This document shows, in pieces, positions 1 through 7,886 of a DNA stretch of 29,097 bases; the stretch's first letter is position 1; every line of letters begins with the position of its first letter. Source of the DNA: a virus (lineage: Duplodnaviria; Caudoviricetes). The stretch spans positions 1-29,097 of IMG/VR virus record IMGVR_UViG_3300020551_000015; one strand, given 5' to 3'. The notes below the pieces were generated by a model. It saw only the letters and a program-made list of their open reading frames with translations. It was not told where the DNA came from and made no database searches. The position numbers and the translations under genes were made by a program.

Positions 1-294
1 CAGAATGTTTACATTGACTTTGACCATACTGTATTTACAGAATTGCAAGAGGATGTGGTAGAAAAGTCAGGATGGATTAAAGACCTCAAAGCCCTTAGCC
101 CTAACGAGCAAAGGATGCTGTTGGGATTAGAGAGAATAGAGAACCCCATCTTTGATGAGCCCTGGATTACTACGCAAGATGGTATGCCATTTAGCGAGTA
201 CGAAGCTCCAAACATGGACCTCAGCGATGTAAACGAAGTCGAGGATGAGGTAGAAGATGAAAACGAGGAAAATGATGACCTCGATAATGAGTGA
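1..294 (+). CDS. Phage portal protein, C-terminal part (5' truncated by window edge)
   Basis: Frame 1 is open from base 1 (QNVYIDFDHTVFTELQED...). LSPNEQRMLLGLERI matches the HK97-type portal C-terminal TPNExR..LGL motif. Acidic tail; lies directly upstream of MuF/protease/capsid. Confidence 0.8.
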   Translation, partial: QNVYIDFDHTVFTELQEDVVEKSGWIKDLKALSPNEQRMLLGLERIENPIFDEPWITTQDGMPFSEYEAPNMDLSDVNEVEDEVEDENEENDDLDNE

Positions 295-475
295 GGTTTA
301 CAGAACTTATCCTATAACCAAAAAGGAGAAGTGCTGCGCCTTACTAAAAGCTAAAATGGAGGCTAAGAGATTAGCCTTAAAAAATAGGTTGATGAATGAC
401 AGACAAGGAGAGAACAGAGTATGCGAAGCAGTTTGCGAACACGAATCGCAAATTCGGCAAGACTCACTTTCCTAA
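287..475 (+). CDS. Small hypothetical protein overlapping the portal end and the MuF start
   Basis: ATG at 287 overlaps the portal 3' end; basic 62-aa ORF (MSEVYRTYPITKKEKCC...) that fills the gap before 396. Confidence 0.45.
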   Translation: MSEVYRTYPITKKEKCCALLKAKMEAKRLALKNRLMNDRQGENRVCEAVCEHESQIRQDSLS

Positions 476-1214
476 AGTCAAAAGGCAACTGGATAAGGTT
501 GTCAGCTCTTTGATAGGTACAATAAAGAAACGAGGTCCTAGACAGGCTTTGGTAGACTTACGGACAATGCTCTGGAATGATGAGCTTTACAAACCAATTG
601 AGGCGATTTACAAGTCAGTTGGGGTATACTGGGCTAACCAGACTTACAAGTTAATCCGTAGAGAGGCTGGGCAAAAGGGGATAGGCAGGTCAGAGGAGTG
701 GGCAAAGTTCGTAATGGATGAGCTTGAAAGGACCTTACTGCAATATGCCGTAGTTAAGACCTCAGAGACACTTAGAAATCACTTAATCCTAGTATTACAA
801 TCCTCAATCTCTAAAGAGTTAACGGTCGATGAGATTGTTAAGCTGTTTCAAGAGTCCGGCTTCACAGCCATGCAAGCTGAGCGGATTATAAGAACAGAGG
901 TTGGCAGAGCTGCCAATACTGGGGTAAAAGCATCGGCAGAGTCCTTTAACTACGAAATGGTCAAAGAATGGATTGCATTTAGAGACACTAGGACTAGAGG
1001 TTTTAGACCCGAGCAACCTAAAGACCATTATCACATGGATGGTCAGGTGGTGGACTTTTACGACAATTTTGTGGACCCAAGGAGCAAGGAGCAGATTGAA
1101 TATCCTTTAGCTCCGGGTGGTTCGGCAGGGATGGTCATAAATTGCAGATGTAGTTGGATTGTTGTACCTAAAAGAGATAGCAGAGGAAGATTAATAAACA
1201 GGGGAGGAGCTTGA
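396..1214 (+). CDS. Phage head morphogenesis / minor capsid protein (MuF, SPP1 gp7-like)
   Basis: AERIIRTE, KEW...D.RTR...H..MDGQ and YP..P....INCRC motifs; located between portal and protease. Confidence 0.9.
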   Translation: MTDKERTEYAKQFANTNRKFGKTHFPKVKRQLDKVVSSLIGTIKKRGPRQALVDLRTMLWNDELYKPIEAIYKSVGVYWANQTYKLIRREAGQKGIGRSEEWAKFVMDELERTLLQYAVVKTSETLRNHLILVLQSSISKELTVDEIVKLFQESGFTAMQAERIIRTEVGRAANTGVKASAESFNYEMVKEWIAFRDTRTRGFRPEQPKDHYHMDGQVVDFYDNFVDPRSKEQIEYPLAPGGSAGMVINCRCSWIVVPKRDSRGRLINRGGA

Positions 1215-1269
1215 TCGGCTACGGCCAATACTGCGGAATCATGAAATAATAACCAGGATCAACCCTCCC
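1202..1269 (+). promoter_or_regulatory. Putative structured RNA element upstream of the prohead protease
   Basis: GGGAGG-AGC-TTGATC (1202-1216) is complementary to GATCAA-C-CCTCCC (1257-1269) and encloses a GGC-TACG-GCC (cUACGg tetraloop) hairpin. Confidence 0.45.
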
Positions 1270-1281
1270 AAAATATTGAAT

Positions 1282-2055
1282 ATGAAAAGATACTTTGAAC
1301 AAAAAACACTTAGCAACTCGGTGCAGGATGTCTCTACGACAACCCGCAAAGTAAAGGTTGCTATCAGCCAGATGGGGTCTAAAGACTTTGACAATGATGT
1401 CATCGACTTTAGTGCCTATAACAAGACGCTGGCAGAAAGAGGTCCTAAAGGGGCTAACCTTATCTGGCATCTGACAGACCACAATCCTAGCCTAAAATCG
1501 GCTATTGGTAAGTTTTCTGAGCTGTATGTAGAAAAGGACTATCTGGTAGGTATTACCGATGTGCCCAACACTACATGGGGCAACGATGTGCTAGAGTTCT
1601 ACAAATCTGGGCATATTAACCAGCACTCAGTAGGCTTTAGAACTATCAAGCAAGAGAACCAGAAAAGCCAAGAGGGTGAGTATAACCTTATCAAAGAGAT
1701 TCTACTTTTTGAGGGTTCGGCAGTCCTTTGGGGTGCCAACATGAATACCCCTACTTTAGAGGTGGGTAAGTCATTGACTAGTCAAGATATCCTTGACAAC
1801 CATGCCAAACTTAGCAAAGAGCTTAGCATGCTCTTAAAGTCATTGAAAGATGGCCGCTTCTCTGATGATGCTTTCGAGTTTATCGAGATCAGAGTCGCAC
1901 AAATTAACGAGGCAATTAAATCACTTATTTCAATAGATACCACTCCTAAAGAGGAGCAACCCGCTCAGGCAGTTGCAGAGACTAAGGAGCCGGAGGTAGA
2001 TTTGAGTGGATTGAAGCATAACTTAAACAATTTATTAACTAAATTAAACTCCTAA
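1282..2055 (+). CDS. HK97-family prohead maturation protease
   Basis: D.D.DVI...A, LTDH (catalytic His region), HSVGF (catalytic Ser) and LFEGSAV.WGAN motifs; immediately upstream of the capsid gene. ATG at 1282 preferred over TTG at 1276. Confidence 0.92.
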   Translation: MKRYFEQKTLSNSVQDVSTTTRKVKVAISQMGSKDFDNDVIDFSAYNKTLAERGPKGANLIWHLTDHNPSLKSAIGKFSELYVEKDYLVGITDVPNTTWGNDVLEFYKSGHINQHSVGFRTIKQENQKSQEGEYNLIKEILLFEGSAVLWGANMNTPTLEVGKSLTSQDILDNHAKLSKELSMLLKSLKDGRFSDDAFEFIEIRVAQINEAIKSLISIDTTPKEEQPAQAVAETKEPEVDLSGLKHNLNNLLTKLNS

Positions 2056-2057
2056 CA

Positions 2058-3197
2058 ATGGATGAATTGAAAAGCATCGAGACTGCAGTAAAATCAGCTA
2101 CTGAGTCTGTTGAAAAGATGAAAGCCGCCAATGAGGCTGCTATTGCTGGTGTAAAAAATGATGTAGCCGAGGTAAAGGCTGCTGTCGTAACAATGGATGA
2201 GGCTGCTAAGAAGAACCAAGCTGCTCTTGATCAACTGATTGCTGAGAAGTCAGCTAAGAAGGTTGACAACAAGAACAAGTCTTTCGGTGAGGCTTACAAC
2301 GAGGCTATCGCTGAGGCTTTTGAAGCTAAGCAAGCTGAAATCAACGAATTTCAGAGAAACAAAAATGCAAAGCTGACTATCGACCTCAAAGCTGTCGGTA
2401 CAATGACTTTGGGTAACAACTTGACTGGAGATGGTCAGGCTACTTACAACCAACGCCAAGGTTTGGTTCCTGCTCAGAAAGTAAACTTCCGCGACCTTAT
2501 CCCTACTGCTGTATCTCCTACTGGCCTTTATGTTACCTATCGTGAGACTGGAACTGAAGGTTCTATCGGAATCCAGACTGAGGGTAACCCTAAGAGCCAG
2601 ATTGACTACGACCTTACTGAGGTGAAAGTAGTATCTGACTATATCGCTGGTTTTGCTCGTTTCTCTAAGCAGATGATGTTCCAACTTCCTTTCTTGCAGA
2701 ACACTTTGCAGAGAATGCTGCTGCGTGATTTCTACAAGAAAGAGAACGCTACTTTCTTTAACGTAGCAAGTCTTGCTGCAACTGGTTCTACAACTACTGC
2801 TGCTACTGTTGACGCTGAGCAACTGGTTGACTGGATTGCCAACCAACTGGATGCCAACTTTGACGCTTCTTTTGCTTTAGTATCTTATGCTCAATGGGCT
2901 GACTTGTTAAAGACTAAGCCTACTGACTACTCTGTACCTGGTGGTTTCGCTATCGATGCTAACGGAAATATCCGTATCGCTGGTGTACCTGTTATCGGTG
3001 CAAGCTGGGTTACTAATGACAAAGCTCTTATCATCGATGCTAACTACATCGAGCGTGTAGAGACAGAAGGATTGCGTGTTGAGTTTAGCTACGAAGATAG
3101 CGACAACTTCCAGCGCAACTTGGTAACTGCTCGTGTTGAGTGTTTTGAAGACATCAACATCATGAGAACAGATGCCATGATCTACGGATCATTCTAA
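2058..3197 (+). CDS. Major capsid protein, HK97 fold, with N-terminal coiled-coil delta domain
   Basis: 379 aa; Ala/Lys/Glu-rich helical first ~110 aa ending at DLK/AVG; EGNPK and F.RNLVT.RVE motifs; followed by a terminator. Confidence 0.93.
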   Translation: MDELKSIETAVKSATESVEKMKAANEAAIAGVKNDVAEVKAAVVTMDEAAKKNQAALDQLIAEKSAKKVDNKNKSFGEAYNEAIAEAFEAKQAEINEFQRNKNAKLTIDLKAVGTMTLGNNLTGDGQATYNQRQGLVPAQKVNFRDLIPTAVSPTGLYVTYRETGTEGSIGIQTEGNPKSQIDYDLTEVKVVSDYIAGFARFSKQMMFQLPFLQNTLQRMLLRDFYKKENATFFNVASLAATGSTTTAATVDAEQLVDWIANQLDANFDASFALVSYAQWADLLKTKPTDYSVPGGFAIDANGNIRIAGVPVIGASWVTNDKALIIDANYIERVETEGLRVEFSYEDSDNFQRNLVTARVECFEDINIMRTDAMIYGSF

Positions 3198-3221
3198 ATA
3201 GGTGCTGTGGTTTGATGTGGT

Positions 3222-3250
3222 GGGGCCGGTTTCGGCTGGCCCCTTTTTTT
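3222..3250 (+). terminator. Rho-independent terminator after the capsid gene
   Basis: GGGGCCGGT-TTCG-GCTGGCCCC hairpin followed by T7. Confidence 0.9.
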
Positions 3251-3261
3251 AATAAATCTCT

Positions 3262-3828
3262 ATGCTATACAATCTACTAATTGACTGGGAGGACCAGACC
3301 TCCGAATCGGGGTTGACTGAGCCTTTAACCGTTGCCGAGGTAAAAAATTATCTCAGGCTCGAGGGGTTTATTGATCAGTCCGAAAGTATCTCATCTGACT
3401 TTAACGATGATGATGCTTTGATAGCGGAGCTTATCCGGTCAGCTAGACAAAGGATTGAGGAGTTTACTGGCCTTAGCTTAATTCCTAAGACATGGGAGAT
3501 TGAGTTCACTAACTTGGCTGGAAACTTCGAGATTCCCTTTGGTCCGGTTAATACCATTATCAATGTCAAAGATGATGAGGGGGATAGTATCAGCACAGAT
3601 GATTTTGAGGTCTCTTTGAATGGCCGACTCTTAAAAAACCCCAAGTACGAAAATATGACCATGCTTTACGAGGCTGGTTTTATTAACTTACCTAAAGGTC
3701 TAAAGGATGCCATGTACAAAGAGGTAGCTTACAGGTACACTAATAGAGGGGATGAGAATGTTGATGGCATGAGCCGCGAGGCTATGAATTTGGCTTCAAG
3801 ATATAAAACTGTTAACTGGTTAGGATGA
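3262..3828 (+). CDS. Head-tail connector protein (HK97 gp6 / SPP1 gp15-like)
   Basis: EPLTVAEVKNYLR...DDALI..LI.SAR..IE.FTG and Y.NRG motifs; located after the capsid gene. Confidence 0.88.
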   Translation: MLYNLLIDWEDQTSESGLTEPLTVAEVKNYLRLEGFIDQSESISSDFNDDDALIAELIRSARQRIEEFTGLSLIPKTWEIEFTNLAGNFEIPFGPVNTIINVKDDEGDSISTDDFEVSLNGRLLKNPKYENMTMLYEAGFINLPKGLKDAMYKEVAYRYTNRGDENVDGMSREAMNLASRYKTVNWLG

Positions 3829-4148
3829 TAGGTAACCTAAAGCCCATAAAGCTGCTAAAATATACCCAGACCATTGATGCCAATGGAGATGCTACCGAGT
3901 CGGTGGCTACGACCTACAAGATGTGGGCTGAGGTAGAGGATGGCGGTGGGTCTAGAAGTCAAGCGGATGGTCGGACAGAGATGTCAGATACTAAAACCTT
4001 TAGGCTTCCTTTTAGGGGGTACAATATCACCCCAGATTACAGAATAGAGTATTTTGGGCAAACTTATTCTATCAGCGGTGTCCGTAGGATAGATGAGAAA
4101 CGATTTTTTTGGGAGGTAACAGCATTAGCAATCTTTGAGCTTGATTAA
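3825..4148 (+). CDS. Head closure / head-tail adaptor (SPP1 gp16-like)
   Basis: 107 aa beta-rich; WAEV and RIEY.G..YSI..V motifs; ATGA overlap with the previous gene; synteny. Confidence 0.8.
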   Translation: MIGNLKPIKLLKYTQTIDANGDATESVATTYKMWAEVEDGGGSRSQADGRTEMSDTKTFRLPFRGYNITPDYRIEYFGQTYSISGVRRIDEKRFFWEVTALAIFELD

Positions 4149-4674
4149 GGTTAATGTCATCGGGTTGGATGCGCTGAAAGGCCGCATTGCAACAGCTAGT
4201 AAAGAGGTAAAGACTGAGGTCGATGCCGAGCTACAAGCGGCAGCAATAGAGTTTGTAGGCTTAGCCAAAAGAGACTTAGCCAGTCAGGGGGGAGATAGGG
4301 GTACTTTGTTAAGGTCAATAACCCAAAGCAAAGTCGGAGACATGGTTTACGAGGTTTCTGCTAATACCTTTTATGCTCCATTTATCGAGTTTGGCACAAA
4401 GACCAAATTCAACCCATACCCAGGGACTGAGGAGTATGCCAGCCAATTTAAGGGGGCAAAAGGATCGGGAACTTTGAAGCTGATAGATGCTATCAAAGGA
4501 TGGGTAAAAAGAAAGGGGATTGCAAAGGGTAAAGAGGCAGACAGAGCAGCCTTTTTGATTGCTCGGTCTATATTTAGAAAGGGTATAAGCCCGAAGCCTT
4601 TTTTCTTTAAGCAGATACCCATAGTTAGAGAGCGATTGATAACGAATGTAACAAGAGTATTAGATGGCATTTAA
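4135..4674 (+). CDS. HK97 gp10-like tail completion / neck protein
   Basis: D.GTL.RSI, YAPFIEFGT and GI.PKPFF motifs. Confidence 0.88.
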   Translation: MSLIKVNVIGLDALKGRIATASKEVKTEVDAELQAAAIEFVGLAKRDLASQGGDRGTLLRSITQSKVGDMVYEVSANTFYAPFIEFGTKTKFNPYPGTEEYASQFKGAKGSGTLKLIDAIKGWVKRKGIAKGKEADRAAFLIARSIFRKGISPKPFFFKQIPIVRERLITNVTRVLDGI

Positions 4675-5089
4675 GACCGCACTATACGACCTAAAAACAG
4701 AATGGTACAAGACCCTCGATGGGGTTATCTCTGTGCCAGTCTATAAGGATGCTGTGCCTTTGTCTCAGAATGGCAACTATGTACTAATAAGGTCAGAGGG
4801 TAGTACCCAGACAGACCTCAACAATTCTGCATTTTTTCAGTCTGCTATTATTGTGGTGGATATTTTAACTAAATTCGCTACATTAGGGAATAGCAAGATT
4901 GCTTACGATATTGCTCAAGAGATTTACGATGAGATTATTCTTGGTCCTAACTCTTTTGGCATAACCATACCAGACCATCAGATAACACAAATCACCATAC
5001 AATCAGAGACAGAGGTTTATGATGACGATGGCTCTGAAAAGATATTCAGGCTTTTACTTAGATATGAGCATATTATTAATCAAAATTAA
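4664..5089 (+). CDS. Tail terminator protein (SPP1 gp17 / DUF3168-like)
   Basis: 141 aa; PVY.DAVP...YV.I motif; located directly before the tail tube gene. Confidence 0.75.
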   Translation: MAFKTALYDLKTEWYKTLDGVISVPVYKDAVPLSQNGNYVLIRSEGSTQTDLNNSAFFQSAIIVVDILTKFATLGNSKIAYDIAQEIYDEIILGPNSFGITIPDHQITQITIQSETEVYDDDGSEKIFRLLLRYEHIINQN

Positions 5090-5099
5090 ATAAAAACAA

Positions 5100-5525
5100 A
5101 TGGCAGATGCTACAACAATCTCCGGCAGTGTGATGTTTATCGAATACTCAGACAGCCCGAGCAGTGCAAAAAAGTCGGCTGTTTGCCAGAGTGAGGGATC
5201 ATTCGATGGCAGCCGCAACGTGGTTAGTGATGAGACTAACTGCGGAACTTTGAAAGTATTAGGACCCCAGAACAACCGTTTCACCTTAAATGCGGTAGTT
5301 GACACAGTTCCTGATGCTAACGAGGCTTCGTTCAATGATTTCCAAACTCTGTATGCCAATAACACTAAAAAGTACTGGCATCTTACAGATTCAGCCGAGA
5401 CTATCTATCATGGTGGCTACGGTTGGATTTCAGCTCTTGGTCAGCAGAATGTTAGCGGTCAGACTGCTAAGTTCACAATGACCATCGAGATCGAGGGAGA
5501 CATTGATACAGAACCAGCAAGCTAA
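5100..5525 (+). CDS. Major tail tube protein
   Basis: 141 aa beta-rich and acidic; C-terminal G.G.ISAL......TAKFTMTIEIEG typical of siphovirus tube proteins; synteny. Confidence 0.8.
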   Translation: MADATTISGSVMFIEYSDSPSSAKKSAVCQSEGSFDGSRNVVSDETNCGTLKVLGPQNNRFTLNAVVDTVPDANEASFNDFQTLYANNTKKYWHLTDSAETIYHGGYGWISALGQQNVSGQTAKFTMTIEIEGDIDTEPAS

Positions 5526-5531
5526 TAACAC

Positions 5532-5879
5532 ATGAAACAAATCACACACACAATCGGAGGCAAAGAGGTTACATTGGATGTCGGTAAGATGTGGTTCTCA
5601 AAGTTCTACGGAGAGGCTACATCTTCTGACCCTCTGTTAATGTCTGAGCTTCTAAGTAAGCCTGACAAACAATTTGATTTTATTTGTGGCCTCGTTTATG
5701 GTGGGTTGAACTGCTATAACAAGGTCAACGGCATTAAGGAGTTTATCTCTATTGAGCAGGTCCAAGATTGGGTCGGTGCAATGGATGAGACCGATGCCGC
5801 TAGTCTTATCAATAAGTTTGTAGAGGCTAATAAACCTAAAGACCAGGGGGAAGCCCCAGCCCAAGTGGCAAATCCTTAA
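5532..5879 (+). CDS. Tail assembly chaperone (lambda gpG equivalent)
   Basis: Lies between tube and tape measure genes; ends with a GGGGGAA slippery site. Confidence 0.8.
   Translation: MKQITHTIGGKEVTLDVGKMWFSKFYGEATSSDPLLMSELLSKPDKQFDFICGLVYGGLNCYNKVNGIKEFISIEQVQDWVGAMDETDAASLINKFVEANKPKDQGEAPAQVANP
5846..5852 (+). promoter_or_regulatory. Programmed -1 ribosomal frameshift slippery site (G GGG GAA)
   Basis: Read in frame as CAG GGG GAA. The -1 frame opens right after a TAA at 5837-5839 and runs without stops into the 5891-6199 ORF (GSPSPSGKSLTWDEMRSEAFG...). Confidence 0.8.
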
Positions 5880-5890
5880 CTTGGGATGAG

Positions 5891-6199
5891 ATGAGGTCGG
5901 AAGCCTTTGGCCAGATTGGTCTGCTTCCGGTGGAGTTTTACGGTCTAGAGGTCGATGAGTACCTTTTGCTAAGAAAGGGTTATATCGAAAAGGTAAAGAC
6001 AGAGTCTATCCTATTGAGGTTTCAGACAGCCTTAATATGCGAGGCTCTGATAGGTAAAGGGAATGGGGCTAGGTTTGTCATGGATAGCTGGCAGCTTGAA
6101 TCTAAGACAGATTTAGATCAAGAGCAAATCAGGGCACTACTAAAGGCCAAGAAAGAAAGAGAGGCTTTACGAAGGCTAAAAACGAAGCAGAATGGCTGA
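5891..6199 (+). CDS. Tail assembly chaperone T-region (expressed as a G-T fusion, 5532-6199)
   Basis: In the -1 frame relative to the upstream chaperone; GLLP.EFY.L...EY motif typical of gpT regions; precedes the tape measure. Confidence 0.75.
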   Translation: MRSEAFGQIGLLPVEFYGLEVDEYLLLRKGYIEKVKTESILLRFQTALICEALIGKGNGARFVMDSWQLESKTDLDQEQIRALLKAKKEREALRRLKTKQNG

Positions 6200-7886
6200 G
6201 ATGCAAATAAAGATAGCGGCTGATGTCAGTAGTGCGGTTAGCGGCTTAGATAAACTAAGCAAAGAACTAGACCAGACTGGCAAAGATGCTGTCCAATTAG
6301 GCAATGCAGTCGAAAGTGCAGGGGCTAAGATTAGGACCTTGCCTAATGTTACAGGGCAAGCCACATCGACCTTAACGAACTTTAGCCGAGTGGTGCAAGA
6401 TGCGCCATTTGGCCTTATTGGTATAGCCAATAACATTGACCCTTTAATTAGCTCATTTAATCAGCTTAAAGCTACTACTGGAACTACCGGAGGGGCTTTT
6501 AAGGCTTTAGTGGGTCAGTTGGCTGGTCCTGCTGGTATTGCCTTAGCCGTTTCTACCGTTACATCTTTACTGATTACATTTGGGGATAGGTTATTTAGCT
6601 CTAGTCAATCTGCAAAGCAATTGGCCGAGCAAAGCAAGAAAGTAGCCGATGAGCAAAGAGCTATATTTGAGGGCATAGCTAGAGAAAGGGTAGAGATTGA
6701 TAAATTAATCATTGCCCTAAATTCAGAGAACACAACAAGAGGCCAAAAAGAGGGAATACTTAAAAAGCTCAGAGCTATTAACCCTCAGTATTTTGGTGAT
6801 CTCAAAAACGAGGAAAATCTAGTTAATGCGCTTAGTTTAGCCTATCAAAAATATACGGCTAGCTTGGTAGCAAGGTCCGAGGTCGCTATCTTGACCAAAG
6901 AGCTTGAGGACATTACTACTGAAATTCTAAAGCTAGAGAAAGCTGGTGCTACTACTCAGGTTATTGACTTAGGCCTTAAAAGAGGCTTAGATGGCAGAAT
7001 ACAAGCTGCTAGGTTATTAACCAAAGAGGAACGCACACAACTTGACTTAAATACTCAGCTATCCGCACAATTAAGAGAAAGGGATAGAATCTTATCTCAA
7101 ATTGTAACTAAGCAAGTAGGCATTGAGTTGCCTACCCCTACTGGTGGAACTGCTGATGTCAAATTTGATTTCAATTTAATACCTGGTATTAGCAATCTTA
7201 GCGAATTTGAGGCTAAGTTAGCTGGTCCTTTAGGTGGTTTATTGCCAGATTTACAAAAGGCGATAAAGAATATACAGACAGACCCTAAAGATGTAAAAAT
7301 ACCCATCAAGCCTAATTTGGTGGCTACTGGTGCGGATCAGGCTGTTTTGGAGTTTGCTAGTAACTTATCGCAAGCTTTGCAAAATGCTTTACAGCAAGGT
7401 TTAGAGGGTATCGGTGAAAGTTTGGGCAATCTTTTATCGGGTGAGAACTTTGGTGAGGGTATATTAAATGTAATTAGTTCCTTGCTAAGTGCAATAGGTA
7501 AGGCTTTGATAGCTTATGGTATTGCAAAGGATGGAATCGACAAGATATTGGGTGCTGGTGGTATTTTGATACCCGGTACAGCCGCCATCGGATTGGGTAT
7601 TGCAACGATAGCTGCCTCGCAATTATTAAAGAATTTTGGAGGCGCAAGGGCAGAGGGTGGACCAGTCAGCGGCAATAAAACATACTTAGTGGGTGAAAGG
7701 GGCCCAGAGTTGTTTGTGCCCAATGTCGCTGGCACTATTGTACCTAATGATGAACTGCCTAGCTTTGGTCAAGGATTGGCCTCTATGTTAGGCGGTAGGT
7801 CAGGCGGTGGAACAACATTAAGAGGACAAGATATTATTTTGGCTTATGCCAGAACACAAAGGAGTCAATTAAGAGTCAATGGCTAA
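6192..7886 (+). CDS. Tail tape measure protein (short, 564 aa)
   Basis: Long helical Ala/Gly/Leu-rich protein; VVQDAPFG..GIANNI motif; C-terminal RAEGGPV...YLVGERGPELFVP motif. Confidence 0.92.
   Translation: MAEMQIKIAADVSSAVSGLDKLSKELDQTGKDAVQLGNAVESAGAKIRTLPNVTGQATSTLTNFSRVVQDAPFGLIGIANNIDPLISSFNQLKATTGTTGGAFKALVGQLAGPAGIALAVSTVTSLLITFGDRLFSSSQSAKQLAEQSKKVADEQRAIFEGIARERVEIDKLIIALNSENTTRGQKEGILKKLRAINPQYFGDLKNEENLVNALSLAYQKYTASLVARSEVAILTKELEDITTEILKLEKAGATTQVIDLGLKRGLDGRIQAARLLTKEERTQLDLNTQLSAQLRERDRILSQIVTKQVGIELPTPTGGTADVKFDFNLIPGISNLSEFEAKLAGPLGGLLPDLQKAIKNIQTDPKDVKIPIKPNLVATGADQAVLEFASNLSQALQNALQQGLEGIGESLGNLLSGENFGEGILNVISSLLSAIGKALIAYGIAKDGIDKILGAGGILIPGTAAIGLGIATIAASQLLKNFGGARAEGGPVSGNKTYLVGERGPELFVPNVAGTIVPNDELPSFGQGLASMLGGRSGGGTTLRGQDIILAYARTQRSQLRVNG

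Noticed and set aside
396-1214. MuF polymorphic toxin
   Set aside because: The protein ends ~20 aa after the NCRC motif, leaving no C-terminal toxin domain, and there is no immunity gene.
2250-2846. 198-aa antisense ORF within the capsid gene
   Set aside because: Ser/Val/Leu-rich shadow caused by the strong codon bias of the capsid gene.
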